From the NCBI RefSeq assembly GCF_002105155.1, contig NW_019028981.1, forward strand, positions 558,001-622,000: DNA of 64,000 bases, in the 5' to 3' direction. Each line of letters opens with the position of its first letter. The first letter of the stretch is position 1. This DNA is from Lobosporangium transversale (taxonomy: Eukaryota). Below, piece by piece: positions 40,092 to 52,144 of this stretch. The translations under genes and the position numbers were made by a program. The notes beneath the pieces were generated by a model, which searched no databases, was not told the origin of the DNA, and was given only the letters and a program-made list of their open reading frames with translations.

Positions 40092-43000
40092 GCTGTCACT
40101 GTTTTATGCGCGTGTTATCCTTAGGAATAGATGGGTAGTATGCAAGGAAAGCTTGCGAGTATTTAACTGCCTCCTATCTTTCTTCAATTGTTTGTTATTG
40201 CTAAATCGATGTTTTAAAAAGAGTTGATAGAAGGAAATAATGGCATGTGAATGTCAAGAGGAGATGGATGGCTGGTGGAAACCTTAGTAGCAAAAAACTA
40301 GGAAAAAAAAAGAAAAAAAAAAGAAGAGAGAGAGGCCATTTTATAAATGTCAAGAAGACCATAGAAAAATATGGGACCACGATGATCGAAGAGTGAGAAA
40401 GCTTTAAAATAAACAAGAATTGAATGGTGTACGCACTCATGTGGAAGTAAATAAATGACTGAGCCTACAAAATGTTTATTCCTGTTTATTGTTTCCGTAG
40501 CCGCTCTTGGTGTTCAAAACGGGTTTGACAAAGGAAAACTGTGTATTGCGCAATGAGGGGCAAAAAGGGAACAAATAGGGATAGGTTCTACTTTATTATT
40601 GTTTTAATTATTCGGTAACTAGTGTTATAAACCACAGATTCACAGTGCAGAGTAGTCTTCTAACCGTACACACAGACTGCCGTCTTTGAAGAAAAACAAA
40701 AACTTGGTTTAATGGAAGCATCCATAGACTAGTATCCGCCTCGTATGATCAAGCGAAAAAAAAAAAAAAAAAAAAAAAAGAGGACCGATAGTGTCTCCAT
40801 GTAACATATTCTTAATGGATTCAGACTCATTTAAACCTCATTTTTGGGGATCTGAGACCGATATACTTCATCCTAACTCCGCTCTGTACTGTGTGGACAT
40901 GTACAACATAAACCGGTTTTTTTTCTTTTTTTTTTAAGCACACGTTTTCTTTCCGTCCATTCCCTACAGCGCAGTATTAAGTCAATAAACAGGTTTATCT
41001 CTTGAAGAAATAGGATAAAAAGGGAAGTGGATTGCCAAATCAGGCGATATAGAAAGGTACGCCATCTTCCCCCAAGCTCACTTGAAAATACACGAATGTA
41101 TGGATCGACAATCGAACGTAAGAAGAATTGCTCTAAAATGAATTTGGATAAAATAAACAGTTCCATGGTATAAAAATACAAACCAGCATTTATAAATGTT
41201 CAGTCAGACTTCCATGTTGAAACGACATATATACTCTTGCGTACTCCCTTAAAACAAGAGCTTGTATTTAGGTGGGCATGCTATGACCCAGATATACATG
41301 TACATGAATATAATACACCAGGATCATTATCAGACATAAGGGGCTTTAGAAGCGAGAGAAACATGAGGAAGGAAGGGACAGAAGCGCAAAACATGGAAAA
41401 CAAGTTTACCCTGAGTCAAGCCATGGAGTAACAGATGGCTTGATTGAGAAATATTTATTTGTTATTCTGGCGACCTGTTTCTTGTTTCCCTAATCCTGAT
41501 CCATTCAACTTTTTTTCTTTTGCTGCTCTACTCATGCAGTTCCTCTTCATTAAATAGGGGCATACTGAGGGCTGAAGAAGGGCTGAAGTTGATTTCCACC
41601 TTCCATTTCTTTTTTTTTTTTTTCTCGATAAAAGAGTATTCAGGACTCGAACCACGCTGCACGATCATTGAAAACTAATCCCTGATCTATTCCTTTCTCG
41701 TCGTTATTAGTTGCGCGTCAAAACAAAAAAAAAAAAAAAAAAAAAAAAAAGGCTCGGCTGGGTGAGCTTTGATCATTGTCCAAGAAGTAATACTAGAACA
41801 GCTGGATTCCCAATCGCCACCTCATTACAGCCTCTCATTACAGTCTCTCCTTTCAGCCTCTTTTTAAAGTTTTTGCGTTTAGCATTCTTCAAATTTATTT
41901 TTCGGAAAGTTTTTCCTGGAGAACCGAAAGTCCTTAACGAGATAACTTTGACTGCGCCATTCGCTCCGAACTTTTCTCTTCCAAAAAAATCAAAAAAAAA
42001 AAAAAAAAAAAAAAGCATGTGACTGCTTTTTATTCGCCAGCGTTAAAATACTGTATTACGATAGAAGCAATGAGTGCATTAAAATGATGGAATTGTAGTT
42101 ATGAGCACGGCTACTTTGTTGCCTTGCCTTCATAGATGTAGCACCCATTTCTTCCCATTACTTTTAAATACTAATGCTCCTAGATCGTTTGATTACACGT
42201 AGAGATCCATTCGCTTACTTGACTGCAACTGTTACCGCTATTGCTTCTTACACCCATGTTTTGTTGTAATAATAAAAAAGTGTGTGTGTCGGTAATGCAC
42301 CTAGAAATATGCGGCCTTTGGTACAGGTAGAAAATGCTGATGAGGAAGTTTTATGGTGTGAAGTGCTGATGCTAAATACAAAAAAGTGGATGCCAGTCTA
42401 GGATCGTGTTTTTACGATGAATTGGGCTTTTGGCATTAACATGTCATTCAGAGGTCGAGGTCCAACTTCGGGTACGAGCACGAATTTTGGATCATGGAGC
42501 GTCCGTGTGCATATCGCTGAGGAGTAAAAACGACTGTGGCAACAGTTGCATTAGAAGAAGGTTTGACGGCAGTTGTCCCCAAGTCGCTGCTGTTGCTAAT
42601 ATGATTAGTTAGCTTCTCCATAAGGTAATAACAAAAACAACACAGATAATGAGGAAGTCCGAATGGAACGCTTGCGCCTCCTCCTTGACGCGTCCATCTC
42701 CTTGTTCACCCATCTTCATGCAGTATGCTTCCTGCTCTTCTATAGATCACCAGCTAGTCTTCTCTTTAGTATCACTATCTGCGTTTACCGCATTGTTCAT
42801 TTACGAACTCGTATTTTGAGTCTTTGGGTCATCATCATTACTTTTATCGTTGCCTATCACCGTTATTAAGCAAATCACTTTTGGGGCTGTTGCTGGGTTG
42901 GCATACAGCTAGCTCTCATAACATTATTCCTTTATTCTTGCTCGCTTAATGATTTGTTTATTTATTTATGTGGTGCATATTCCAAATATTCATGCGAATA

Positions 43001-44024
43001 CCAGGAACAGCTCTGTTCGACAAAACAAACTAAGGTTTTAGTGGATTGTAGTACACTCGCAGCTTTTCTGATTCAGGGTCGCATGAAGGTTGGGTGCAGT
43101 AGAGCATTGTACAAATGGTGCAACGGAAAACCGAACTCAAATGTCTATCATATGCGTTAGTGCAGTTGTATCTTAATGCTACTTCATATAGTGCTTCTAT
43201 CCTTGAAGTACTTTAACCTTCCAAAGCTCTGACGACAAAGAACCGGATACTTATGATCCTTGCTTAGGAAGCATGATCAATCTCTGCAGACCTTTTACTA
43301 TAACTGGACGTACATGGACGTCTTTTCAACATTGTTTTTACTTTTACAATTTACATACGCTTCTTTCTCATCATCAGATGAAATAATTCAATCAATATTT
43401 GAAAGCGAAGTCTCGAAATATGAGGCCACAAGGCAACGGTTCTTCGTATCGACAAGTTCCAGTACCCATCAGTGATGAGAAGCTTTTTCATATCTTAATG
43501 ACACGCGCTAAATCTCGTCACAACGCGCATGTAAACGAGAAGCGATAAAGTGCGAAAGCTTCTTTCCACTACAACAGCACAAATCCGAGTGGTATTTCAT
43601 CGAGTACTTTAGCCTCATCAGGCTTTTGTACGCTACATGACCAGCAGTAACTGGTTTATCAAGGCGCAGGAAGCAAAGACAGAAAGCCCAATTGCATTAG
43701 AGAGCAAGTCGAAAGTTGCAGTGATGACAGGGCATTAGGTATTGGAGATCATATGACCGGGCTGTTCACTGAACATAACTTCATTTGAATAATAGCTAGA
43801 GCAATTGTTGACAATTCTTTCTATTACAACATGTCCATCAGGTGCTCAGGAGTAGACGATAGTAAGCTTCTAGCGGAAAACATGAATATGTTTATGCAGT
43901 ACCACCCATATTAGTTTTTAAGAGCAATAAAAAAGCAGGTCACTCTGTGTCTAATAGCGATGAGTCATTTAATATGCATTTATTCCAATACTTAGAATCC
44001 GTCGCTAAAAACCTCCTCGCCTTA

Positions 44025-44457
44025 TTAGTTGAGTGCTTCGCGCTCCTCTTGGAAAGCATCCTCGTCTTTTGCTACTTGTATAATACAAAGCTCAGTATCA
44101 ATGCCCAGGGACGTCAACAGATCAATCCAAATTCTTTGCTTGGACGAAAGACGATCGCCGGGACCTTTAACTACCACAATAAATCAAACAATAAATCAAA
44201 CAAAAAAAAAGCTGTTTTTCAAACTCTGGCTTTCCCACTTTTTCTGCATCTGCTAAGTGTGAGATGAGTAGCATCAACTTAGCCACAAAACACATTTTCC
44301 CTTTTTTCCTTTTTCCATACCTTCGACAAACTTAACCAATTTCCTTTTGTAGTCCCAACAACATAGATCGGGCATGCCTGAACAGCGCTTACTGTATTCC
44401 TGAGCCATGACTTTGCAAATCTCAGACAAAGCTGTCCCACCGATGCACTTTTTATTG

Positions 44458-44493
<36 letters not shown>

Positions 44494-47400
44494 ATAATTT
44501 AAATTAAAATATTGGGCGCCTAAAGAGTGTCCTAATATATATACTTTGCATGCTTACCTCAGCAATCTCCAGCAGCTCAGTCTTTGTAAAGACCCAATTC
44601 ACACCGACACAATAAACATTCTTCTCACGATACAAGTCATCATGCGTTTGCATCAAATTTAAATAAAAACATTCCTTTCTCTTCTTGGCCAAGACCTCCT
44701 CACGCCCATTTTCAGTTTGTTGCTGCTGTACCGTACATGGATGCCCAGCATCCTGTCCAGAAAACTCTTGCTTGATTGTATCATGAAACGATATTTCATT
44801 ATTAACGCCCCTTTCCAATGTGTCTTTGTGGATTGATTTTGGTCTCTGCTGCCTATTCAGAAGAGGCTCATCTTCCTCACCTCCTTGTCCTCCTCTTTGC
44901 CCCTGTCTATTTTGATCTAAATTCACACGTTGTTCCTCTATGATTTTGGATTTTGCAATGTTCTCAAGGCGCTCCATGATCATCTCCTGTCTTTGCATGA
45001 AGAAGGCATCTGTTCTCAAATCCAACGGCTCCGTTTGGTACGAGGTCTCAAATACACCAGGCTGTGGCGAGAAGAGGATATCCCAAAACAACAATCCAAA
45101 CAATGTAGACAGAATGTTGTTTTCTGAGTGGTAACCCATATATCCAAGGGTCTTGTAATAACTCAATGCAAGCTCTTCCACAGAGCAATCTGAACCATCA
45201 ATATTTCTCCACAAAGGCCGCTGTTGTGCAATAATACGGGAGCCAGATAATCCTTCTCCTGTAGAGCTGGGTATGTACGAGTACGAATGCGAAGAAGCAT
45301 AGCCTGGCGCTGCTGTGCCTGGAGTGTTGAGTCGCTCTCCTGTAAGAATGCGTGTCTGTGCCTTTCGAAGAGTAAGATACGAAAAATCATGTCTATCCCG
45401 GAAAGGGATCTTCAGTTCACTCTCTAAACGAATTAGCCTGCCTTGGATGAGCGTAGCATCCACTAATTTACAAAAAATACTGTATAAGTGCACTCACTTC
45501 AACAAAAAAATACTCGCTCTCATACTTTGAAGAGATCCGGCTAATAATAAAATTCACAGCATGACTCACCGGCATGAACATGCTTGTCACGGAGCGCCAT
45601 CATACAGATCTGGTGCGCCTCTTTCTTTCCGAGTCGTTTCTGAAAAGCATAATTGGATTTGATGAGAGCTAGTCGCTCATACCATCCGCCTCGTTGTCCT
45701 AAACAGTATACATGCTGATCCAATAGTTCGTGCAGCAGGATTGATTCTTCTTCAAAGCGCTTTAAGAACGCAAACGCACGCAACTCCAATCTCAAGATCT
45801 GTGTATACACATATCCTATTCAATAAAACTTGCAACATTAACAAACGATGCAATAGAAGATAAAATTAAAGCCTATAGCCGACAGCACCACTAGCATCAC
45901 TAATACATTTGACCATAGCTCACCAGGGGAAAAGCGCAAAAGGTAATAATTGGAACTTTTTTTTGAAATCTCCGTTTCTGTCGCAACGTATTCACTCCAT
46001 GCACCTCTAATCCCTTCAGCCTCCTGGATCACTTTCTCATAAATCCCAATTACTTCTAGACGGCGCCGCTCCCGTTCTGTATCTTTACCCCTACTGACTG
46101 GTTCTCCATCAATACTATTCACATTAATGCCGTTGGTGGGCTTCCTGATTGGCTTGACAACTTTGCGAGGCTGCGGACTATTTAGCCCGCTAGCCTCGTT
46201 GCTCTCATCGCTCCGCACATACACCACTGATTCGCGTCCAGGCCCCATGGCAGATTCTATCAGCCTTGAGAGATCAAAGTGAAGTTTTATAGCTGCCTCG
46301 TATTTCAGAAGCTCTTCTCGATTTCGAAACACAGTGTTGGTCCTCGTGATTTCATAACTGGGAAAGGTGCGCTGGCCAATCTTAGCCAAAATAGCTTCTA
46401 AAAGTGCTGGTTTCTCTGTAAACTCTCGTGCACGATAGAATACAAGGTGTAAACGCTCAAAAACGGTCATGACGCTAGGGTATATTTTGATACAAGGGCC
46501 TTGCGTCCAAAATAAAACAAACAAAGAAAAAAATAAAAATGAGAGGATGAGAAACATTACCAAAGTTAAGATGGAGCTAGGTTCGTGATTAATACCATTT
46601 CATAGATACAGCTCCTTGCCTTACCAGAAATATCTATGATTTTATCTATGAGTGCATTATTCCTCTTTGCTGCGTCACCTGAGAAAGCGTGTGTCGCTAA
46701 GCCAGTCTTACGGCCAGCTCCATCGCCATTTACCGTCCCCCCTGGAGCTAAAAGCAGCCTCTTCGAGATGAATGCTTGCTGTCGAAAGTGCTCCAAGATG
46801 GTTGAGATCATTGCTCGTCTCTAAAGTGTCCCATATTCATAGCATTTATTGTCCAGTTAGCTTAGAAAAATTAGGATACTCCATCACACTACACTTTTTT
46901 TTTTTTTTTTTTTTTGGTGGTCACCTGCTTCCCTGACATTTTCTCCATAATACCAATTCTGCGCGCTAATAGCTTGAGTTCATCCATGGTCAGCATGGCA
47001 AGTGCGTCCTCCGGATCCTGGATAGCGCTCTTATCCATCACCAGCCCTGTCACGACCAGCTGCTGAACGGCAGACTTGAGATGTTCAATCTCCCGGTACC
47101 GGCCCTCTAATTTGTCCTGTCGCTGCCAAAACTCTTGTTTCCGTAGAAATAGTCGAACAAACAAATGCTTTGGGTCATCTACAATAGACGGAGAAAATTG
47201 GTGAAGTATTTCTTATAAATGTTTGTTTGATAATACTAAGAAATCACCGACTAGGTCCCTAATTAAAGGACGTAGCATATTCTTAATTGCTTGATACCTG
47301 GCAAAGCTCGATATGTCTCAATGATCGTGTGCTCCTCATCAGTGAAAAGAAATGCTTCTTCTGGAAGAACAGTATCTAGGGCTAGCTCAAATGCTGCCAC

Positions 47401-48045
47401 ATAAACTGTCTTCCACCTAAATGGCGGCGAAAGGAGGGTGTCTAAATTCCTGTCCTCATCTTGCGACTCTGACTTAGTCTGCAGTAGATCATCAACCATG
47501 GTGTCTGTTTGATCTAAAATTGATGGTGTTTCTGTATCTTCACAGTCCTGTTCATTGTTGGGATGACTAGCTTTAGAGGCTATAGCGCGCAAAACTACAG
47601 CGCCACTGTCATTTTCATCATCTTCGGGACTAGATAGGTCGTTAGTTTCTTCAAGTAGGGTATTCGAAACGCCTGTCAGGGTTTCAGTCTCAAATACATA
47701 GTTGGGTCCACTTCCATAGCCTACTAGTCTGTCACAAGGCTTTGAAGCTGTTAGATTGACCCTGATGACTGGTGGTTCCGATAGAAATGTGGAAGTTAAA
47801 AAAGCTGAGGAAGCTGAAGAGGAGGAATTTGAATGGATAATTTGGTGGCGTTGTACGTCAATTTGGTTGTGAGCAGAAGTAGGATTCTCCTGGGATGCCT
47901 TTTTGGAATGAGGGCGAACAGCATGACTACTAAAGTCTAATGGTAGCTGTCTTTTGGTGCCAGTTAGAGTTTCTGCTGTAGACGCCTTCCTTCCCGCCTT
48001 TTTATTTTGGGCAGTGGTAGCCTTAATTGTACCTCTCTTTTTCAT
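44025..48045 (-). CDS. FAN1: Fanconi-associated nuclease 1 (VRR-NUC domain); exons 48045-47298, 47178-46925, 46820-46625, 46499-45924, 45815-45570, 45462-44558, 44447-44321, 44170-44025
   Basis: LFVRLFLRK, RGGWYERLAL, SVEELAL, GYHSENNILSTLFGLLFWDI and SGMPDL...FVEVKGPGDRLSSKQRIW (PD-(D/E)xK). All junctions are GT-AG and in frame. Confidence 0.93.
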
Positions 48046-48275
48046 GACAACAGAATGTAATAGAATGTGAATAAAAGAAGGAATGAGCATTCAAGAAGGA
48101 CGACAATTGTTTTAATTTCGAGGCAAAGCACATTAAAATTTAAGGTTTGCCAGCCACCAAACTAGAGGAAACCATCCTTGCGGAAGAAATCCGTTCAAGC
48201 ATCATATCACGAATGCTATTCATTCAATATTCAATAGAGAGGAGGCGCACGCTAGGACCGTGCTGCCAGGACCAT

Positions 48276-48548
48276 TTTTTTTTTTTTTTTTTTTTTTGAT
48301 AGTGAGTATCCACAAAGGTATGTAGGTTTTATTAAGACATTGGCTCTATAATTGTTGTGTTTAGTAGTGATTGCTCAATGACCTATGCGCGGCAGAGCCT
48401 CCTCCTAAATATTATTGTGGGCCTCACCAAGGGCATTACAAGTCCATATATGGTTATTGTCCTCATCTTCAGCCTTATAGACACAGCAAACTCGGTCCGG
48501 ATAAAGAAGGTGTTGTCTTGCTTGCATAACATTAAGGGTAGGTAGCTT
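48276..48548 (-). mobile_element. Decayed 3' fragment of a diverged non-LTR retrotransposon subfamily, with poly(A) tail
   Basis: Plus-strand poly(T) is followed by about 55 nt resembling the intact element's 3' end. The minus strand reads GKLPTLNVMQARQHLLYPDRVCCVYKAEDEDNNHIWTC, homologous to ORF2 GMLPTL...CRMC...EHLWRC. Confidence 0.75.
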
Positions 48549-50815
48549 ACCATGTCAATTCGGCTGACACCACACCTTGGCATGTAAAGTCTTGCGTTGT
48601 TGGGCGCAACGTCCTGTAGGTGTCATGGAATTGCTCTGTTTGAAGATTGGTGCTGGCCCTTGTACAATACTTCCTGTCAATCCTGGGGTTGCATACATAA
48701 TAATATAATAATTACTCCCCTGTGTTCTGCTCTCTTACTAATACATTCTCCTTTAGGCCACTCTGCGCTGTTTTTCCTTTTCTTGATTCGTTTTATCTTC
48801 ACTGGGTATATAGCAGTTGATCACCTGAATCTTTAATTGTCCTTTGAAATAGACTGCTCTCTGCTTCTGCGTGTGGTTATTCTCCCAGCATGCACTCATA
48901 GTCACTTGTGAATAATGAGACCGGATCCCGTGCCTTGAGTTTTCCCTTCCTTGCCTGTCAACCATCAAAATTTAGTCGTGTTTGTCTCTTGTAACACAAT
49001 AACATCATATTCTTCCGACTCCCCGACGACAAAGTATTTCGAATTTTCTAGCTGTTAAAATTTCCTGTGTATTGAAGATTCCTAGCTTCAATCTATCATT
49101 CTTTCCATCTCTATTTACTGTCCTACGTGTTACTATGTTAGACATATTACTCATTTATAGAGGATTTTGAGGATTGCCCAACTATCACTACAGGCTTTAA
49201 GGGTACTGGTACTGTTTTTTAGCATCCCTGGGTGGCTCCATTAACGCCATAATAGTGGATAAAGTCTTGTCCGTGTCTAGGATGACTAGTCCACTGGTGT
49301 TCTGGCCTTTCTTTGACTTCATCGTGCTACGACTTGTGTCGGCGCTCAGATCAACTGCCATTAATTGCTCCTTAGGGTCAGTGATACCCATATTCTTTGA
49401 GAGCATTTGAATCACGATGGACATCAGTATCTGGACGGTCTGTGCAAGCTGCAATTACTCCTGTTGCATTCTAACGACAGTCTCCTCAAGTTGTCCAATT
49501 TTCTTTTCCAATACGTTTACATGATATTGATTTATCCATTTTGCAGCCCGCTTTGTCTTTGTGCATGTTCTCCATTTTGGCTGTTTCTTCCAGTGATCTG
49601 TGCAAATGTACGGTTAGCCGTGACCTTAAGCGCTCCACCCCTTGGCACTCTTTGACTGCCTGGATCTGAGCCTTAATCTTCTTTCTTCAATGTAAATTGT
49701 GCATACTTTTTGAATATGGCTTAGTTCACCGGACTCTCCACATCTTTTGTCTACTTTGTCTCCCCACATAGTTTCTTTCCCCCCTACTTTAATGGGTAAC
49801 CTCATACGATTAACCATGTCTGCTTCTGATGAGAAATAAACGAATGCTACACGTAAACCTTTGTGTATTTTCCTTCTTTCGAGATAACCCTTGGGATAAT
49901 CAGAAATTCAGCCTTATTTTCATCCAGAATCTCCTTCAAATCCAGAGGCATTGTTCCCATAAGGAGTTGAGACAGTTTCGCGACGTTTCGCAGCCCCTAT
50001 ACCACTTTCTCCTTTTCAATTGTGGTCAAACGAGCAAGATCTCTACCAACGAAATCCACCTTTTCTTTTCCGCTTGAATTTTTTTATACTTTCCTCTTGC
50101 CTAAAGAGAACCCTTGCCACCATTTTTGCATGGACGAGCTGGAATTTTTTCCACTTCGCCAAACTGGGCCATTACTGGTTTGAATTCATCAGTCCTGGGA
50201 TAGACCGTATATCCCAACTGATCTGTCCTGTTCAGCGGTGCGTTGGTCCTGGTCGATTCTGGTAAGGATAGACTACTCCAAAGATGTTTCGTTTTCTTTG
50301 TCTCCTTTATAGTGAGTGAATTCCAGTGGGTTCTCTAGGTCACTCAGTATTTCAATGGCGACGCGAAAAACTTTTTGTCCGTTCTTATCTATGATACGGG
50401 TTAGTTCCTCCGTGCAATGGATACCTTGGTGGATGAGGACCTGCTGAAGTTCATCTCTTTTCATGGCGTAGGTATCACCATAGATCAGATCCACGGAGGC
50501 CATGGCCACGGAAAACCCCTCCTTAGTTCTCTGGACTTCAATCCACTATGTATTGTCATTCATTTCTTCGTCGTCTTCGTCAATTGCTACTCTCTCAATA
50601 GCAGCGTGCCCTTGCTCAGCATGCATTTGTTTTAATCCCTTTTGAGGCTGTAAGAACAGCGTTGGATGGGATTCGTTGCAATTAGGTGGTGGCCTCAGTA
50701 CTTTGACTTGGTTTTTGCGCGTCCTAACCGTCAGAAGGAAGTTTTTGTCTTTTGGACTTGCTCATTCTGCTTGATTCTCCATCATCTAGTTGATGATGTT
50801 GATTTTTTTTCAGCA
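48549..50815 (-). mobile_element. Pseudogenised copy of the intact LINE family: ORF1 plus the endonuclease region only
   Basis: Colinear nucleotide match to about 57455-59930, with frameshifts, stops and small deletions (e.g. 49081-49130 nearly identical to 58081-58130). Confidence 0.92.
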
Positions 50816-50959
50816 GTCCAGAATGTACTTGATGTCCCATCCTCCGGAGAGGATCGCTTTACAGTCGCCATAAGTCTAGTCACATTCCCTCGGTAAGCCC
50901 TTCAGGTGCCGTACGACTATTGCCAGAGCTCATCACTGTGTTTGACGTCGAAAATATAC

Positions 50960-51570
50960 TGTTACAGGAAAGGAATTACCCCATCTTATCAACCGTCGCT
51001 GTCCTAGCAAGCTCTAAAACACTATTTTGTCTGCGACGGATGGGTCAAGCTTAGATCCTGGACAGCACCTGTCGCAATCCGCATCCATTGCCGTGCCACA
51101 AGGACAAAGGCCTTCTGCTGTCATAAATCCATATTCGTTGCTCCTGCCACCTCTTGGTTCAGTGTGTAGCACATGCTTCTACTTCGGTCGCACACCTTGG
51201 CCCTTCTCTTTTGTGATGGTTTTCTTACAGTGTGGCCTCCAAACCAACTTTGAAGCCCGCTGCCCAGGATAGCCAACGAACTTGTGAATCACTTTACGAG
51301 TGATAGATTGCGTTGTGCGGAACAAAGGGCCCATTTGTTTATCAAACTAAGCGGTATAATGCCCTAGTAGAGATCGCTGAAGTTCCATTTGAGATCAAAA
51401 GCACGATCAATTTTGTTGGTGCACTTAAAATCGCACATACTCCACTGATTCATGAGAGTCCTTGTAAATTCACGTCTCCGCCAGGGCTAACCCATCTCAG
51501 GCTCATGCTCGTGTGGCCATTGATGTATTTAGTAGTGGCTGCATGATCTCAGTGATCTATATGCGACTGA
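50960..51570 (-). mobile_element. Decayed ORF2 C-terminal fragment of a diverged LINE subfamily
   Basis: Minus-strand pieces WNFSDLY*GIIPLSLINKW and IHKFVG...LVWRPHCKKTITKEK align with intact ORF2 WTVQDLYHGLVPKELIQKW and CRFVK...IWNRRCKVTVNWER. Confidence 0.7.
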
Positions 51571-51575
51571 AAGTC

Positions 51576-51866
51576 TTTTTTTTTTTTTTTTTTTTTGATA
51601 ACTGGGACCCATGAGGTCGTGAGGATTTATTAGAAATAGACTCTATAAATGGGTTGCCCTATTACTAAGGGTGTAAATAAAGCGTTTTCCAATAATTGGT
51701 CTTAACCGCATCGTTGAACTGTCACTATACAGCATCCTGTTCACAAACCACGTCAGCATGAGTGGTTGCTCTTGATCCCAACGGAACCTGTGACGAGCCC
51801 TGCTCCCTACTTGGCCTGTTGTGCGTGAAAGTCATCTTCTAGCCGCAGTTCTCAATCATCAAAAAA
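51576..51866 (-). mobile_element. 5'-truncated LINE copy (3' UTR plus poly(A))
   Basis: Direct, moderately diverged repeat of 51874-52170, preceded by its own poly(T) run on the plus strand. Confidence 0.9.
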
Positions 51867-52144
51867 CGACACCTTTTTTTTTTTTTTTTTTTTTTTTTTG
51901 ATAACAAGGACCCACGAGGTCATGTAGGATTTATTTAGATGTTAGCTCTATAAATGGGTTGCCCCATTACTGGGGTCGCAAATAAAGCGGTATCCAATAA
52001 TCGGCCGAAGCCGCATCGTCATACTGCCACAGTACTACATCCTGTTCATAAACCACGTCAGCATTGAGTAGACTTCCTTGGTCCCAGAGGACCTGTGGCA
52101 CGGCTCTACTCCCTACTTGGCCTGTTGTGCGCGAAGGTCATCCT

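Noticed and set aside
41725..42014. Segment between two poly(A) runs as a possible SINE
   Set aside because: No A/B boxes, TSD or second copy in the window.
42400..43900. Possible decayed gene or transposon downstream of FAN1
   Set aside because: No motif could be assigned by eye.
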